64,000 bases of DNA from an uncultured delta proteobacterium (GTDB taxonomy: Bacteria > Myxococcota_A > Polyangia > Polyangiales > Houyiibacteriaceae). The notes below the pieces were generated by a model. It was not told the origin of the DNA, ran no database searches, and saw nothing but the letters and a program-made list of their open reading frames with translations. This document shows positions 49,133 to 58,374 of the stretch, piece by piece. A program made the translations under genes and the position numbers. Positions within the stretch are counted from its first letter, which is position 1. Every line of letters starts with the position of its first letter. The DNA is taken from NCBI GenBank assembly GCA_963699755.1, contig CAVOVB010000001.1:960001-1024000 (forward strand). The letters run 5' to 3'.

Positions 49133-51409
49133 TCAACCTTTGTCTCCCAGAATGGCGTCCGCGATCAAGGCCTGACCGAGGGCGATTCCGCCGTCGCCCG
49201 GTGGAACTTGGCTGTGCCGTAACACCCTGGTTTTATTGGATATTTTTCTCTCAATTCCGGCGGCCAGCCAGGCGTTTTGGAAAACACCGCCCGTCAACGC
49301 CACGGGTAGCTCCCCCCGTTCTGCCAGAAGCGCCTCCAGCAGCGCAACCGTGACCGCCACGAGCGCGTTGTGAAAGCGCGCCGAAACCTGTCCGGTAGGC
49401 AGTTCGGCCCGCAGATCGTCCACAGCAGCACGCACCGTCGGCCGGAGGTCAACCTCCCAGGGTGCGCGCGCTCGGTCGATCTCGAACGGATATGCGTCCA
49501 CGACCGATTCGTCTGCGACCTGGTCCCACGCGATCGCAACCTGACCTTCGTACGTGGCCCGCGTCCGGCCGAGCGCCAGCGCGCCAAAGCCGTCGAAGTA
49601 ACGTCCGACTCCTCGTGCTTGCGGCGCATTGAGCTCGCGTTCGATCATTTGCTTCACCAAGCGAATCGATTTCGGGTCTACGTCGCCCAAGAGCGCAATC
49701 GAGTCCCTCGATGGCGCGCCGTCGTAAGCGTCGTGCAAGAGCGCGTAGCCGATTCTCCAAACCTCGCGCATTGCAAGATCGCCTCCAGCCAAGCGGAGCG
49801 GCCGAAACGTCGCCAAGCGTTCATATCGACGCGCAGAACAAAGCAAAAACTCCCCGCCCCAGGCCGTTCCATCCTCGCCAAAGCCCGTGCCATCGTAGGC
49901 CACGCCGAGGACGGGCCCCTGCAGGCGATGCTCGGCCATCAGGCTCACGACGTGTGCGTGGTGATGCTGAACGCCGACCAGGGTGACATCATCACGCGCG
50001 TTCGCGTAGCGTGTCGACAAGTACCCCGGGTGCAAATCATGTGCAACGACGTCTGGATGGATCGAGAGGATCGTCTGCATTCGCTCGATCGCTTCTTCGA
50101 AAAAATCAAGCGCAGCGACGGTCTCGAGGTCCCCGATGTGCGGTCCGAAGTACGCGGTGTCGCCCATCGCAATGCAAAACGTGTTCTTCAAGTGCGCACC
50201 GCAGGCGAGGATGGGACGCGCCACCCGACGCGATAAATAGAAGGGCCTTGGAACAAAGCCCCGCGACCGGCGCATGATGGTCGGTGTCCCGCCGATCACT
50301 CGGCCTACCGAGTCGTCGCAGCGCATCGCAATCTTTCGATCGTGGAGCAAGATCGCATCCGCAATCCCTTCGAGACGATGCCGGGCTTCGTCGTTTTCGT
50401 AGCAAATGGGCTCGTCGGACGTGTTGGCCGAGGTCATTACGAGAGGCCGCTTCGCGGCCGCGAGAAGCAGGTGGTGGAGTGGGGTATAGGGTAAGAACAG
50501 CCCAACAAGCGAAGTATCGGGGCTGACCTCGCCGGCTAGACCAGCGCCTGGGCGCCTTCGCAGCAGGACCACCGGCCGCTCCGCCGCCGTGAGAAGCGCC
50601 TCTTCCTGGGCACCGATCTCTGCAAGTGCCTGTGCGGCGGCGAGGCTCCCCACCATGACGGCAAATGGCTTCTCGTCACGATGCTTGCGTTCCCTCAGAC
50701 GACGAACAGCTGCTCCGTTGGTTGCATCACATGCGAGATGAAATCCCCCCAAGCCTTTGACCGCCACCACTCCGCCGCGAGACAAGCGCTCCGCTGCGTC
50801 TGCGAGCGCATCGACCTCGGATGCGGGGTGACCATCGAGTCGATCAAAGCTGAGCGTAGGCCCACATCGTGGACAGGCATTGGGCTGTGCGTGAAAGCGT
50901 CGGTCCTCGGCGTCGTTGTACTCCGCCTGGCACGCCTCGCACATGACGAACCCCGACATCGTCGTTGCTGCGCGATCGTACGGAATGCCCGTGGCAATCG
51001 TGAAGCGAGGCCCGCAGGCCGTGCAGTTCGTAAAGGCATATCCAAATCGACGGTCGTGACGATCCAACACCTCCCTCGTGCAGTCGTCGCAGGTCGCGAG
51101 GTCCGGCGGGATGGACAGGGCCTTCTGACCGTCGGCATCGCTCGATACGATCACGAAGGCATCGAGGCGCTCGTCTGGAATCGTCGTCTCCCGGAGCTCT
51201 ACGATCTCTGCTGCGGCCAAGGTATCTCTTCGTAATTCCTCCATAAATCGGCCCAAAACAGCTTTGCTTGCGAAGGCTTCGATCGTCACGCCCCCGGGGT
51301 CGTTTCGCACTCTTCCGACGACGCCCACGCGACGCGCCAGTCGGTAGACCCAGGGCCGAAAACCAACCCCTTGCACGGTCCCTCGAATCTCGATGCGATG
51401 CCCTGGCAT
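49133..51409 (-). CDS. hypF: Carbamoyltransferase HypF
   Basis: GTVQGVGFRP acylphosphatase domain, CxxC zinc fingers, KGLGGFHL, QHHHAH, GDGGIALGQ. Confidence 0.96.
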   Translation of the reverse strand: MPGHRIEIRGTVQGVGFRPWVYRLARRVGVVGRVRNDPGGVTIEAFASKAVLGRFMEELRRDTLAAAEIVELRETTIPDERLDAFVIVSSDADGQKALSIPPDLATCDDCTREVLDRHDRRFGYAFTNCTACGPRFTIATGIPYDRAATTMSGFVMCEACQAEYNDAEDRRFHAQPNACPRCGPTLSFDRLDGHPASEVDALADAAERLSRGGVVAVKGLGGFHLACDATNGAAVRRLRERKHRDEKPFAVMVGSLAAAQALAEIGAQEEALLTAAERPVVLLRRRPGAGLAGEVSPDTSLVGLFLPYTPLHHLLLAAAKRPLVMTSANTSDEPICYENDEARHRLEGIADAILLHDRKIAMRCDDSVGRVIGGTPTIMRRSRGFVPRPFYLSRRVARPILACGAHLKNTFCIAMGDTAYFGPHIGDLETVAALDFFEEAIERMQTILSIHPDVVAHDLHPGYLSTRYANARDDVTLVGVQHHHAHVVSLMAEHRLQGPVLGVAYDGTGFGEDGTAWGGEFLLCSARRYERLATFRPLRLAGGDLAMREVWRIGYALLHDAYDGAPSRDSIALLGDVDPKSIRLVKQMIERELNAPQARGVGRYFDGFGALALGRTRATYEGQVAIAWDQVADESVVDAYPFEIDRARAPWEVDLRPTVRAAVDDLRAELPTGQVSARFHNALVAVTVALLEALLAERGELPVALTGGVFQNAWLAAGIERKISNKTRVLRHSQVPPGDGGIALGQALIADAILGDKG

Positions 51410-51807
51410 TACGGTCCGTCCTCAGCGACGCTGAGAACGTAGGCGATGAGGTCCCACTTCTGTCCATCGCTCAGCGTCGGCCAGGCCGGCATCGAAGTAC
51501 CGCGCTCACCTTCGCTCAAGACCTCAAAGACCGCGATCGCAGTCGTGTTCGATCGCCATTCGCTGCTGCCAAAGTTCACCGGCTTCCCGGACAGCGCGTT
51601 ACTCCGCACGCCGTTTCCGTCCGCCCGATCGCCATGGCAGAGCGCACACTTCTCTCTGAAAAGCGCCTTTCCGCGCGCGCGCGCTTCGTCCGACGAAAGT
51701 TGGGCTACGGGGACCTCGACCTTGTCGTAGTCGACGGCGGACGATCCGGCTTTGCCGCTACACCCCAAGAGTGCGAGCGACATGAGCAGTGCTCCCATGG
51801 CCTTCAT
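51409..51807 (-). CDS. Monoheme cytochrome c lipoprotein
   Basis: Lipobox LLGC, CALCH, distal Met in GTSMPAW. Confidence 0.85.
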   Translation of the reverse strand: MKAMGALLMSLALLGCSGKAGSSAVDYDKVEVPVAQLSSDEARARGKALFREKCALCHGDRADGNGVRSNALSGKPVNFGSSEWRSNTTAIAVFEVLSEGERGTSMPAWPTLSDGQKWDLIAYVLSVAEDGP

Positions 51808-52306
51808 CGCGACTCTCCGTAGATCGGACCGGTGGATACCCGAGTGACCTGAGCTCTTCGACCACGCGCTCGACGAGCTCGGGAATGCTTGCCTGGACAG
51901 CGGGCGTTCGTTCGAGCCCGAGCTCGATCGAGTCCGGCACCACGCCCAGAATCAGCACCCTGTCCGGATACCGATCGAGCAGGCTCGCCCCTGCGAGGAG
52001 GTCCGCGACCCCAATTTGATGCGGCGAAAGGCGCTCGTAGACCGCCGGAGCCACCTCTTCGCCTTCGATCCGAACCTGCGTTCCGGGCGGCCCGTCGGCC
52101 GCGATCGCATCGACCAGGATCACCTGATCGGCGCTATCGACCAGCGGCAAGAGCGAGAGACCGAGCGTGCCGCCGTCCACGACCATGACGCCCTCGGGAA
52201 ACTCATACTCGCGAATGAGCTTGTGGATCGCGGCAATCCCCGCTCCGTCGTCTGTGCAGACGACATTGCCGAGCCCCAGGATGAGGACCGGCGTGCGGTT
52301 AGTCAT
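51758..52306 (-). CDS. Hydrogenase maturation endopeptidase (HyaD/HybD family)
   Basis: LGLGNVVCTDDGAG, VDGGTLG, LVDAI, SPHQ. Confidence 0.92.
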   Translation of the reverse strand: MTNRTPVLILGLGNVVCTDDGAGIAAIHKLIREYEFPEGVMVVDGGTLGLSLLPLVDSADQVILVDAIAADGPPGTQVRIEGEEVAPAVYERLSPHQIGVADLLAGASLLDRYPDRVLILGVVPDSIELGLERTPAVQASIPELVERVVEELRSLGYPPVRSTESRDEGHGSTAHVARTLGV

Positions 52307-53039
52307 CCCGGTTGCGCCAGCTCTTGGGGAGGAACTTGTAGCCGCTGAACAAAGAGTCGATGAGGCCCATCCCTTCGACGCGAGATACGAGCATCGCACT
52401 CCAGATATGGTGCGCCACGAAGCCGAGGAGGAACCACATCGCGATGTGGTGAATCCAACGTGCGGTCTGCGCGCCGCCCAAGATCGGAAGCAGGAACCCC
52501 CAGAACTCCATGTAACCGGTCGCGCTCACCGAATAAAGAGCGAGCCCCGTGAGGATCAGCGTGATGTAGATCGCGAACACGAGCAGGTACGTCATGCCCG
52601 CCAATGGGTTGTGACCGACGTTGAGCGGTGGCTCTTTGCTGACGAAGGAGTAGAACTTCAGCATCCTGAAGACATCCCCACGGCGCCGCTTGCCCACGGG
52701 CACGAATTGATGCCAGCGCGCGTAGTACGAACCCACGAACATCCAGGCGATGCGCGACGCGACCGCAAGCGCAAAGACGATGGCCGTGTAGAAGTGGACG
52801 ACCTTCACCGTTGCCATCACGAAGTGTTCGCTTCCTGGTTGCGCTGGGATCAGATACGGATTGCCGATGTAGATCCCGGTGATCGCCAGGATGAACACAG
52901 AGACCATGATGAGCCAGTGGGTCGTTCGGACCAAAAGGTCCCAGACGTAGACTCGCTCGATGCCGTGTACGTCGTGCCGACGGGGGCTCACCTGGGGACG
53001 AGCCCCTCCCTTTACCGCGGCCGTCGTCGGGGGAGTCAT
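52299..53039 (-). CDS. Ni/Fe-hydrogenase b-type cytochrome subunit
   Basis: YVWDLLVRTTHW, VHFY, GHNPLA, RWIHH; 4 TM helices. Confidence 0.93.
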   Translation of the reverse strand: MTPPTTAAVKGGARPQVSPRRHDVHGIERVYVWDLLVRTTHWLIMVSVFILAITGIYIGNPYLIPAQPGSEHFVMATVKVVHFYTAIVFALAVASRIAWMFVGSYYARWHQFVPVGKRRRGDVFRMLKFYSFVSKEPPLNVGHNPLAGMTYLLVFAIYITLILTGLALYSVSATGYMEFWGFLLPILGGAQTARWIHHIAMWFLLGFVAHHIWSAMLVSRVEGMGLIDSLFSGYKFLPKSWRNRDD

Positions 53040-54742
53040 CGCACCTTCACGCGAGTGATCTCGCGCCCTCCAGGTTCGACGACGTGCACACCGCAGGCCA
53101 TGCACGGGTCGAAGGAATGGACCGTCCTCAGGATTTCAATTGGCTGCTCCGGATCGGCGACCGGGGTCCCGACCAAGGCTGCCTCGTAGGGCCCCGGCGC
53201 ATCGCCGGAATCCCGTGGGCCGGCGTTCCAGGTGCTCGGAACCACGCATTGATACCGCTCGATCTTCCCATCTTTTACGTGGACCCAGTGCCCAAGCGAG
53301 CCGCGGGGGGCTTCGTGGAAGCCGGCTCCCATCGAATCGGCGGGCCAGGTCTCCGGCTCCCACTTGCTGTTGTCGTGGATGCGAAGCTCGCCGTTTCCCA
53401 TGTTGGTGGCAAGCTCGTCGACCCAGTCGCCGATCTTGTCGACCAGGATCTGCGTCTCGATGCCACGTGCCGCGACCCGGCCGAGCGTCGAGAACAAGGC
53501 CGCGGGTCCGACATCGAGCGTCTTTAGGACGTGGTTGACTAGGCCTTGGACCTGCTCGTGACCCTGAACGTAGTTGACCAGCATGCGCGACAAGGGACCG
53601 ACTTCCATCGGCACTCCGTCGTAGCGGGGCGACTTGAGCCAGGAGTACTTCTTCGACGTGTCGAGGCGTTCGAAGGGCGGCTTCGGGCCCGTGTAGTTCG
53701 GCTTGGTTTCGCCCGCCGACGGGTGCAGCGCTTGGTCCTCGCCGCCCGCGTAGTCGTACCAGGAGTGCGTGATCTGCTCGGTGATCTTCGAAGGGTCGAA
53801 CTCTTCGACCTTCGAGAGGTCGCGACCCCTGATGATGCCAGACTTGATGAAGTGTTCCGGTTTCGCTTCGTCGTCGAGCGGGTACTCGCCGTACACCATG
53901 TAGTTGCCGACGCCCGCGCCGTAGCCGGCCCAGTCTTTGTAGAACGAGGCGACCGCGAGAAGGTCCGGGATGTAGACCTTGCTCACGAACTCCTGCGCGC
54001 CGGCGATCAGCTTCTTGAACTCCGCGATGGTGTGGATGTTGAGCGAAGCCTGCTTGTCCGGGTCGACCGGAGTGGCCATCCCGCCGACGAGGAAGCTCTG
54101 CAGATGGGGGTTCTTGCCGCCCAAGATGGCGTGCATCTTGATGAACTCACGCTGCCAATCGAGCGCTTCGAGATAGTGGGCGACCGCCATCAGGTTCGCG
54201 GCTGGTGGTAGCTTGTAGGCCGGGTGGCCCCAGTACGCGTTGGCAAACGGCCCGAGCTGGCCTCGCTCGACCAGCCCTTTGACACGGTCTTGAATGACCT
54301 TGAAGTACGTGGCGCTCGACTTCCCCCAGTCCGAGATCGACTGGGCAAGCGCCGCGGTTTCCTTCGGGTCGGCCTCGAGCGCCGACACGATGTCGACCCA
54401 GTCGAGCGCGTGCAGGTGATAGAAGTGGATCACGTGGTCTTGGATGCACTGGGACGCGATGATCAGGTTTCGGAGGATCCGTGCATTGGGTGGCGGCTTC
54501 GCGCCGATCGCGTCCTCGACGGCGCGAATCGAAGCGATGGCGTGCACCGTCGTGCAGACGCCGCAGATGCGCTGGGTAAAGGCCCACGCATCACGCGGAT
54601 CGCGGCCTTGCAAAATGATCTCGATACCTCGGAACATGGTCGAAGAAGACCATGCATCGGAGACCTGACCTCCCTCGATTTCCGCCTCGATGCGCAAGTG
54701 GCCTTCGATGCGGGTGACCGGGTCGACAACGATATGAGTCAT
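53036..54742 (-). CDS. Group 1 [NiFe]-hydrogenase large subunit (probably group 1f)
   Basis: DPVTRIEGH, L1 FTQRICGVCTTVH, L2 SFDPCMACGVH plus cleavable C-terminal tail. Confidence 0.96.
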   Translation of the reverse strand: MTHIVVDPVTRIEGHLRIEAEIEGGQVSDAWSSSTMFRGIEIILQGRDPRDAWAFTQRICGVCTTVHAIASIRAVEDAIGAKPPPNARILRNLIIASQCIQDHVIHFYHLHALDWVDIVSALEADPKETAALAQSISDWGKSSATYFKVIQDRVKGLVERGQLGPFANAYWGHPAYKLPPAANLMAVAHYLEALDWQREFIKMHAILGGKNPHLQSFLVGGMATPVDPDKQASLNIHTIAEFKKLIAGAQEFVSKVYIPDLLAVASFYKDWAGYGAGVGNYMVYGEYPLDDEAKPEHFIKSGIIRGRDLSKVEEFDPSKITEQITHSWYDYAGGEDQALHPSAGETKPNYTGPKPPFERLDTSKKYSWLKSPRYDGVPMEVGPLSRMLVNYVQGHEQVQGLVNHVLKTLDVGPAALFSTLGRVAARGIETQILVDKIGDWVDELATNMGNGELRIHDNSKWEPETWPADSMGAGFHEAPRGSLGHWVHVKDGKIERYQCVVPSTWNAGPRDSGDAPGPYEAALVGTPVADPEQPIEILRTVHSFDPCMACGVHVVEPGGREITRVKVR

Positions 54743-55869
54743 TCTGCGCCTCCTTCATCGGTCCGCGCGGGCGGGCCTTCGGGTGGGTGATCCGCGCCCG
54801 TTCCAACGAGCTTCTTTCCGAGGTGGACCAAGGTGTGCCCCGCAAACGCGGTGGTGACACCAATGGTCGCCCAGAAGCCGATCTTGTCGATGTTCGAGCC
54901 TTTGCCGAAGCCGGGGAAGCCTGGCAGGTGCGCGTAGAACGGCGTCATCTTGTCCCAGAAGTCCGGTTCGGCGCAGCCGATGCAGCCGTGGCCGCATGCG
55001 ATCGGCCAGCTCGTGTTGTCGTTCCAACCGACGTTCGGACAGTTCTGGAACGAAACAGGGCCCTTGCAGCCCATCTTGTAGAGGCAGTGGCCGTCGCGGT
55101 GGGCCTCGTCGCCCCATTGCTCGACGTACTGCCCGGTGTCGTAATGCGCGCGCCGCTCGCAGTTGTCGTGAATCGACTTACCGTAGGCAAAAAGCGGGCG
55201 ATTCAGCTTGTCGAGGGCTGGGAACCGACCGTAGGTCAGGAAGTAGACCAGCGTCGCGGTGAGATTCTGGGCGTTCACCGGACAGGCGGACAGATTGATG
55301 AGATTCTTCACGCCGGGCACGGCGTCAGACACACCGAGCGCGCCGGTCGGATTCGGCGACGCAGCGGGAATGCCGCCAAACGATGCGCAGGTTCCGACTG
55401 CAATCGTCGCCAGCGCGCCGCCGCACACCTCCTTGGCAATGTCGATCGCCGCCTTCCCGCCGACGGTGCAATACGCGCCGTTCGCGCCGGTTGGGATCGA
55501 GCCCTCGACGACCGCGAGGTATGCGCCCTTCTGATTCGCGACGACGTTGTGAAGGTTCTCCTCGGCCTGGTGACCGGCCGCCGCCATGATCACCTCGTGG
55601 TAATCGATCGAGATCAGATCGAGGATTACCTCGGCAGCGGTCGGCTTGCTCGCGCGGAGAAAGGATTCGGTGTTGCCTGCACAGTCCTGGAAGTTGAGCC
55701 AGACCAGGGTTGGCTTCGGCTTGTTCTCGATCGCGTCGGCGATCATCGCCGTCGCCCCTTTCGGCAAACCAAACATCACCGCCATCGCAGAGCAGAAGCC
55801 CATGAACTCGCGACGTGAAACGCCGCGTGCCTCTAACTCCCGCCGGAAGTCATTTCCCGGTTCATTCAT
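54739..55869 (-). CDS. [NiFe]-hydrogenase small subunit, Tat-exported and membrane-anchored
   Basis: SRREFMGFC Tat motif, QDCAGNTES, GTCASFGG, HDNCERR, CLYKMGCKGP, GCIGC, C-terminal TM helix; GAGGAGG SD. Confidence 0.95.
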   Translation of the reverse strand: MNEPGNDFRRELEARGVSRREFMGFCSAMAVMFGLPKGATAMIADAIENKPKPTLVWLNFQDCAGNTESFLRASKPTAAEVILDLISIDYHEVIMAAAGHQAEENLHNVVANQKGAYLAVVEGSIPTGANGAYCTVGGKAAIDIAKEVCGGALATIAVGTCASFGGIPAASPNPTGALGVSDAVPGVKNLINLSACPVNAQNLTATLVYFLTYGRFPALDKLNRPLFAYGKSIHDNCERRAHYDTGQYVEQWGDEAHRDGHCLYKMGCKGPVSFQNCPNVGWNDNTSWPIACGHGCIGCAEPDFWDKMTPFYAHLPGFPGFGKGSNIDKIGFWATIGVTTAFAGHTLVHLGKKLVGTGADHPPEGPPARTDEGGAE

Positions 55870-56088
55870 CGGATCCTCCTCGCAGTTGCAGAGCAAAGGA
55901 CGCGGCACTAGTGCTATCGGCCGCCTGTGAGAGGACTCTACCTCCGCAAAGACGCGAAAAACAAGGTTCTCGTTGCAGTTGAGAGACGTTTTCGACGCGT
56001 CGCGCGCATCTTTCGTTTCGAGCCGATCAGGCGCAATATTTGCACCGATATTTTCCGGGCGAGTCGCGCACGCGGTAGCATGCCTCCA

Positions 56089-57360
56089 ATGACTGCCGAG
56101 TCAGAAGAGTATAGGTTCTTCGAAGTCGTCCAGGGCTACATCGAGCAGGCGGCAGCGCTGACCGGCCTTCCGTCTCATGTCAAGGGCATCCTCGAAGAAC
56201 CGAAAAACGAGCTCATCGTACACTTCCCAGTGCGCATGGACGGCGGCGAAACCCGCGTGTTCAAGGGCTATCGGGTTCAGCACAACAACGTGTTGGGCCC
56301 TTACAAGGGTGGAATGAGGTATCACGAACAGGTCACGCTCAACGAGCTGAAGGCGCTGGCGACGCAGATGACTTGGAAGTGTGCCCTGCTTGGCATTCCC
56401 TTTGGTGGCGGAAAAGGCGGGATCAAGTTCAACCCTCGCGAGCACTCGCTCGATGAGCTTCGACGCATCACCCGCCGATTCACCCACGCCTTGGGTAGCA
56501 ATATCGGACCGGCACACGACATTCCTGCGCCGGACATGGGGACGAACTCGCAAACGATGGTCTGGATGATGGACACGTACATGAACACCGGGCCGTCCTA
56601 TGGGAAAAGCGACCAGCGCGCTGTAGTGACCGGTAAGACCATCAATTCGGGAGGCTCTGAGGGCCGCGAAGCGGCGACCGGCCAGGGGGTGGTGCATTGC
56701 ATCAAGGAATGGGCGCGCGAGCACCACTTCGATCTCGAAGGTGCCACGGCAATCGTACAGGGCTTCGGCAACGTGGGTTCGCATGCATCGGTGCTGCTCT
56801 CGAAGCTCGGCGTCTCGACGATCGCGACCGGAGATCACTCCGGCTATCTCCGCAACGAAGAAGGCTTCAATTCGCATAAGCTGCAGGACTACGTCCAGGC
56901 CAAGGGTTCGATCGAAGGCTACCCCCGCGGCGAGAAGATCACGCGCGACGAGTTCTTCGAAACGAAAGCGGATCTCTTCATCCCTGCTGCGCTCGAGAAC
57001 CAAGTCGGCGCCGAGGAAGGCCGCAAGCTCAATGTGAGATTGATCGCCGAAGGAGCAAACGGCCCGATCAACCCGGACGGTGCTGCTGTGCTGGCCGATC
57101 GCGGGATCCCTGTCATCCCCGATATCCTCGCGAACTCGGGCGGCGTGACCGTCAGCTACTACGAGTGGGTACAGAACCGAAACAGTGAGCACTGGGACGC
57201 TGAAGAAGTGCAGCGACGCTTGCTCCACATGATGCGCCGAGCCTATCAGCGAACGATGTTCTACGCGGCTGAAAAGAAGGTCGATCCCCGCGTTGCCGCA
57301 TACGCTCTGGCGCTCGAGAGCCTTGCTACCTCTTACGACGAGCGCGGGATTTTCCCCTGA
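56089..57360 (+). CDS. Glu/Leu/Phe/Val dehydrogenase (glutamate dehydrogenase)
   Basis: GPYKGGMR, GGGKGG, DIPAPD, QGFGNVG, EGANGP, ANSGGVTVSYYEW. Confidence 0.93.
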   Translation: MTAESEEYRFFEVVQGYIEQAAALTGLPSHVKGILEEPKNELIVHFPVRMDGGETRVFKGYRVQHNNVLGPYKGGMRYHEQVTLNELKALATQMTWKCALLGIPFGGGKGGIKFNPREHSLDELRRITRRFTHALGSNIGPAHDIPAPDMGTNSQTMVWMMDTYMNTGPSYGKSDQRAVVTGKTINSGGSEGREAATGQGVVHCIKEWAREHHFDLEGATAIVQGFGNVGSHASVLLSKLGVSTIATGDHSGYLRNEEGFNSHKLQDYVQAKGSIEGYPRGEKITRDEFFETKADLFIPAALENQVGAEEGRKLNVRLIAEGANGPINPDGAAVLADRGIPVIPDILANSGGVTVSYYEWVQNRNSEHWDAEEVQRRLLHMMRRAYQRTMFYAAEKKVDPRVAAYALALESLATSYDERGIFP

Positions 57361-57449
57361 GCTATCTGGAAATTCTGGACCTTCGTACCCAGACGGCGCA
57401 GTAGCAAACAGCTTGACAATTGGGGTCTCGGGAAGCACTTCAATCAGCC

Positions 57450-58364
57450 ATGGTTAGCCAGGCGGTATTTGAGGGAACGATCCCGGAGGGAGGCGTCGGA
57501 GACCTTCTTGGCGGCCTCGAAAAGGTCGGCACGACCGGCGTCCTGACCTTCGAAAGTGAGCACGGCTCCGGCGCCGTTAACCTCGTCCACGGGCAGCTTG
57601 CCGGCGCCGAAACCTCCGCCGAGGAAGAGCGCGCGCTCCAGGTCCTGCTCTCGCTCCGTGAAGGCGAGTTCGCCGTGTACCCGAAGCTTCCGCACCTCCC
57701 GGTTTCGCGCGGGACCGACACCACGCGTCGCGGCTCGCTGGCGGTACACCCGCCTGCCGACTTGATGCGCTATTGCGAGAGCGCGGGACTCACCGGAAGG
57801 CTCTTGCTCGAGCACCGCGGGCGACTCGCGATCGGTTACTACGAGAAGGGCGAGCTCAACGATGTCAGCATCGACGGTGGAACCGCCGCGGACTTCGTGC
57901 TTGCGCTCGAATGGACCGAGGGCACCTTCCGCGTCGATGCGGTGCCGCCTCCCCGAGAGACTTTGCCCGACGCGCTTCGCGACAAGGCATCCGACGCGCC
58001 TCCGAAAAACCCAACCGCGCTTCCCTTGCTCGAGTCCTTTGAACAGGGTCTCGCAGACCTAGGTCGTCCCGACGCGACGCCGGTTTCCGGGCTTGGCCCG
58101 CGCATGGAGGAGCTCGATGAAGATGCGACGATTCGCATCATTCGGCGGCCCGGAGAGGAGGATCTGCCTGAGCCGCGCGCGCGCTGGCGCGCACTGGACT
58201 ATTCTCCCTCCTTCCCGACGGAATCTGCTACAACTGCTCCTGTGAAGTCGAAGGACGACGGTAGGCCGATTGGCACGTTGCGCACGCTCGGATGGGTGGG
58301 CGCGGTTTTTCTCGTGGTGGCCGCGTGCCTCTGGCTTCTCGCGTCGCTCCCGCCTCTGGAGTAA
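57450..58364 (+). CDS. Tandem DUF4388-like domain protein with C-terminal TM anchor
   Basis: Two repeats of TG(V/R)L...G...(W/L)xEGxF, Pro-rich linker, C-terminal TM helix. Confidence 0.65.
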   Translation: MVSQAVFEGTIPEGGVGDLLGGLEKVGTTGVLTFESEHGSGAVNLVHGQLAGAETSAEEERALQVLLSLREGEFAVYPKLPHLPVSRGTDTTRRGSLAVHPPADLMRYCESAGLTGRLLLEHRGRLAIGYYEKGELNDVSIDGGTAADFVLALEWTEGTFRVDAVPPPRETLPDALRDKASDAPPKNPTALPLLESFEQGLADLGRPDATPVSGLGPRMEELDEDATIRIIRRPGEEDLPEPRARWRALDYSPSFPTESATTAPVKSKDDGRPIGTLRTLGWVGAVFLVVAACLWLLASLPPLE

Positions 58365-58374
58365 CCTGCCCGTC

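Noticed and set aside
53036..54742. [NiFeSe] or O2-tolerant group 1d hydrogenase
   Set aside because: L2 has Cys with no in-frame TGA, and the small subunit lacks the supernumerary cysteines.
55891..55906. Sigma54 promoter for the hydrogenase (TGCCGCGTCCTTTGCT, minus strand)
   Set aside because: The invariant GG at -24 is missing.
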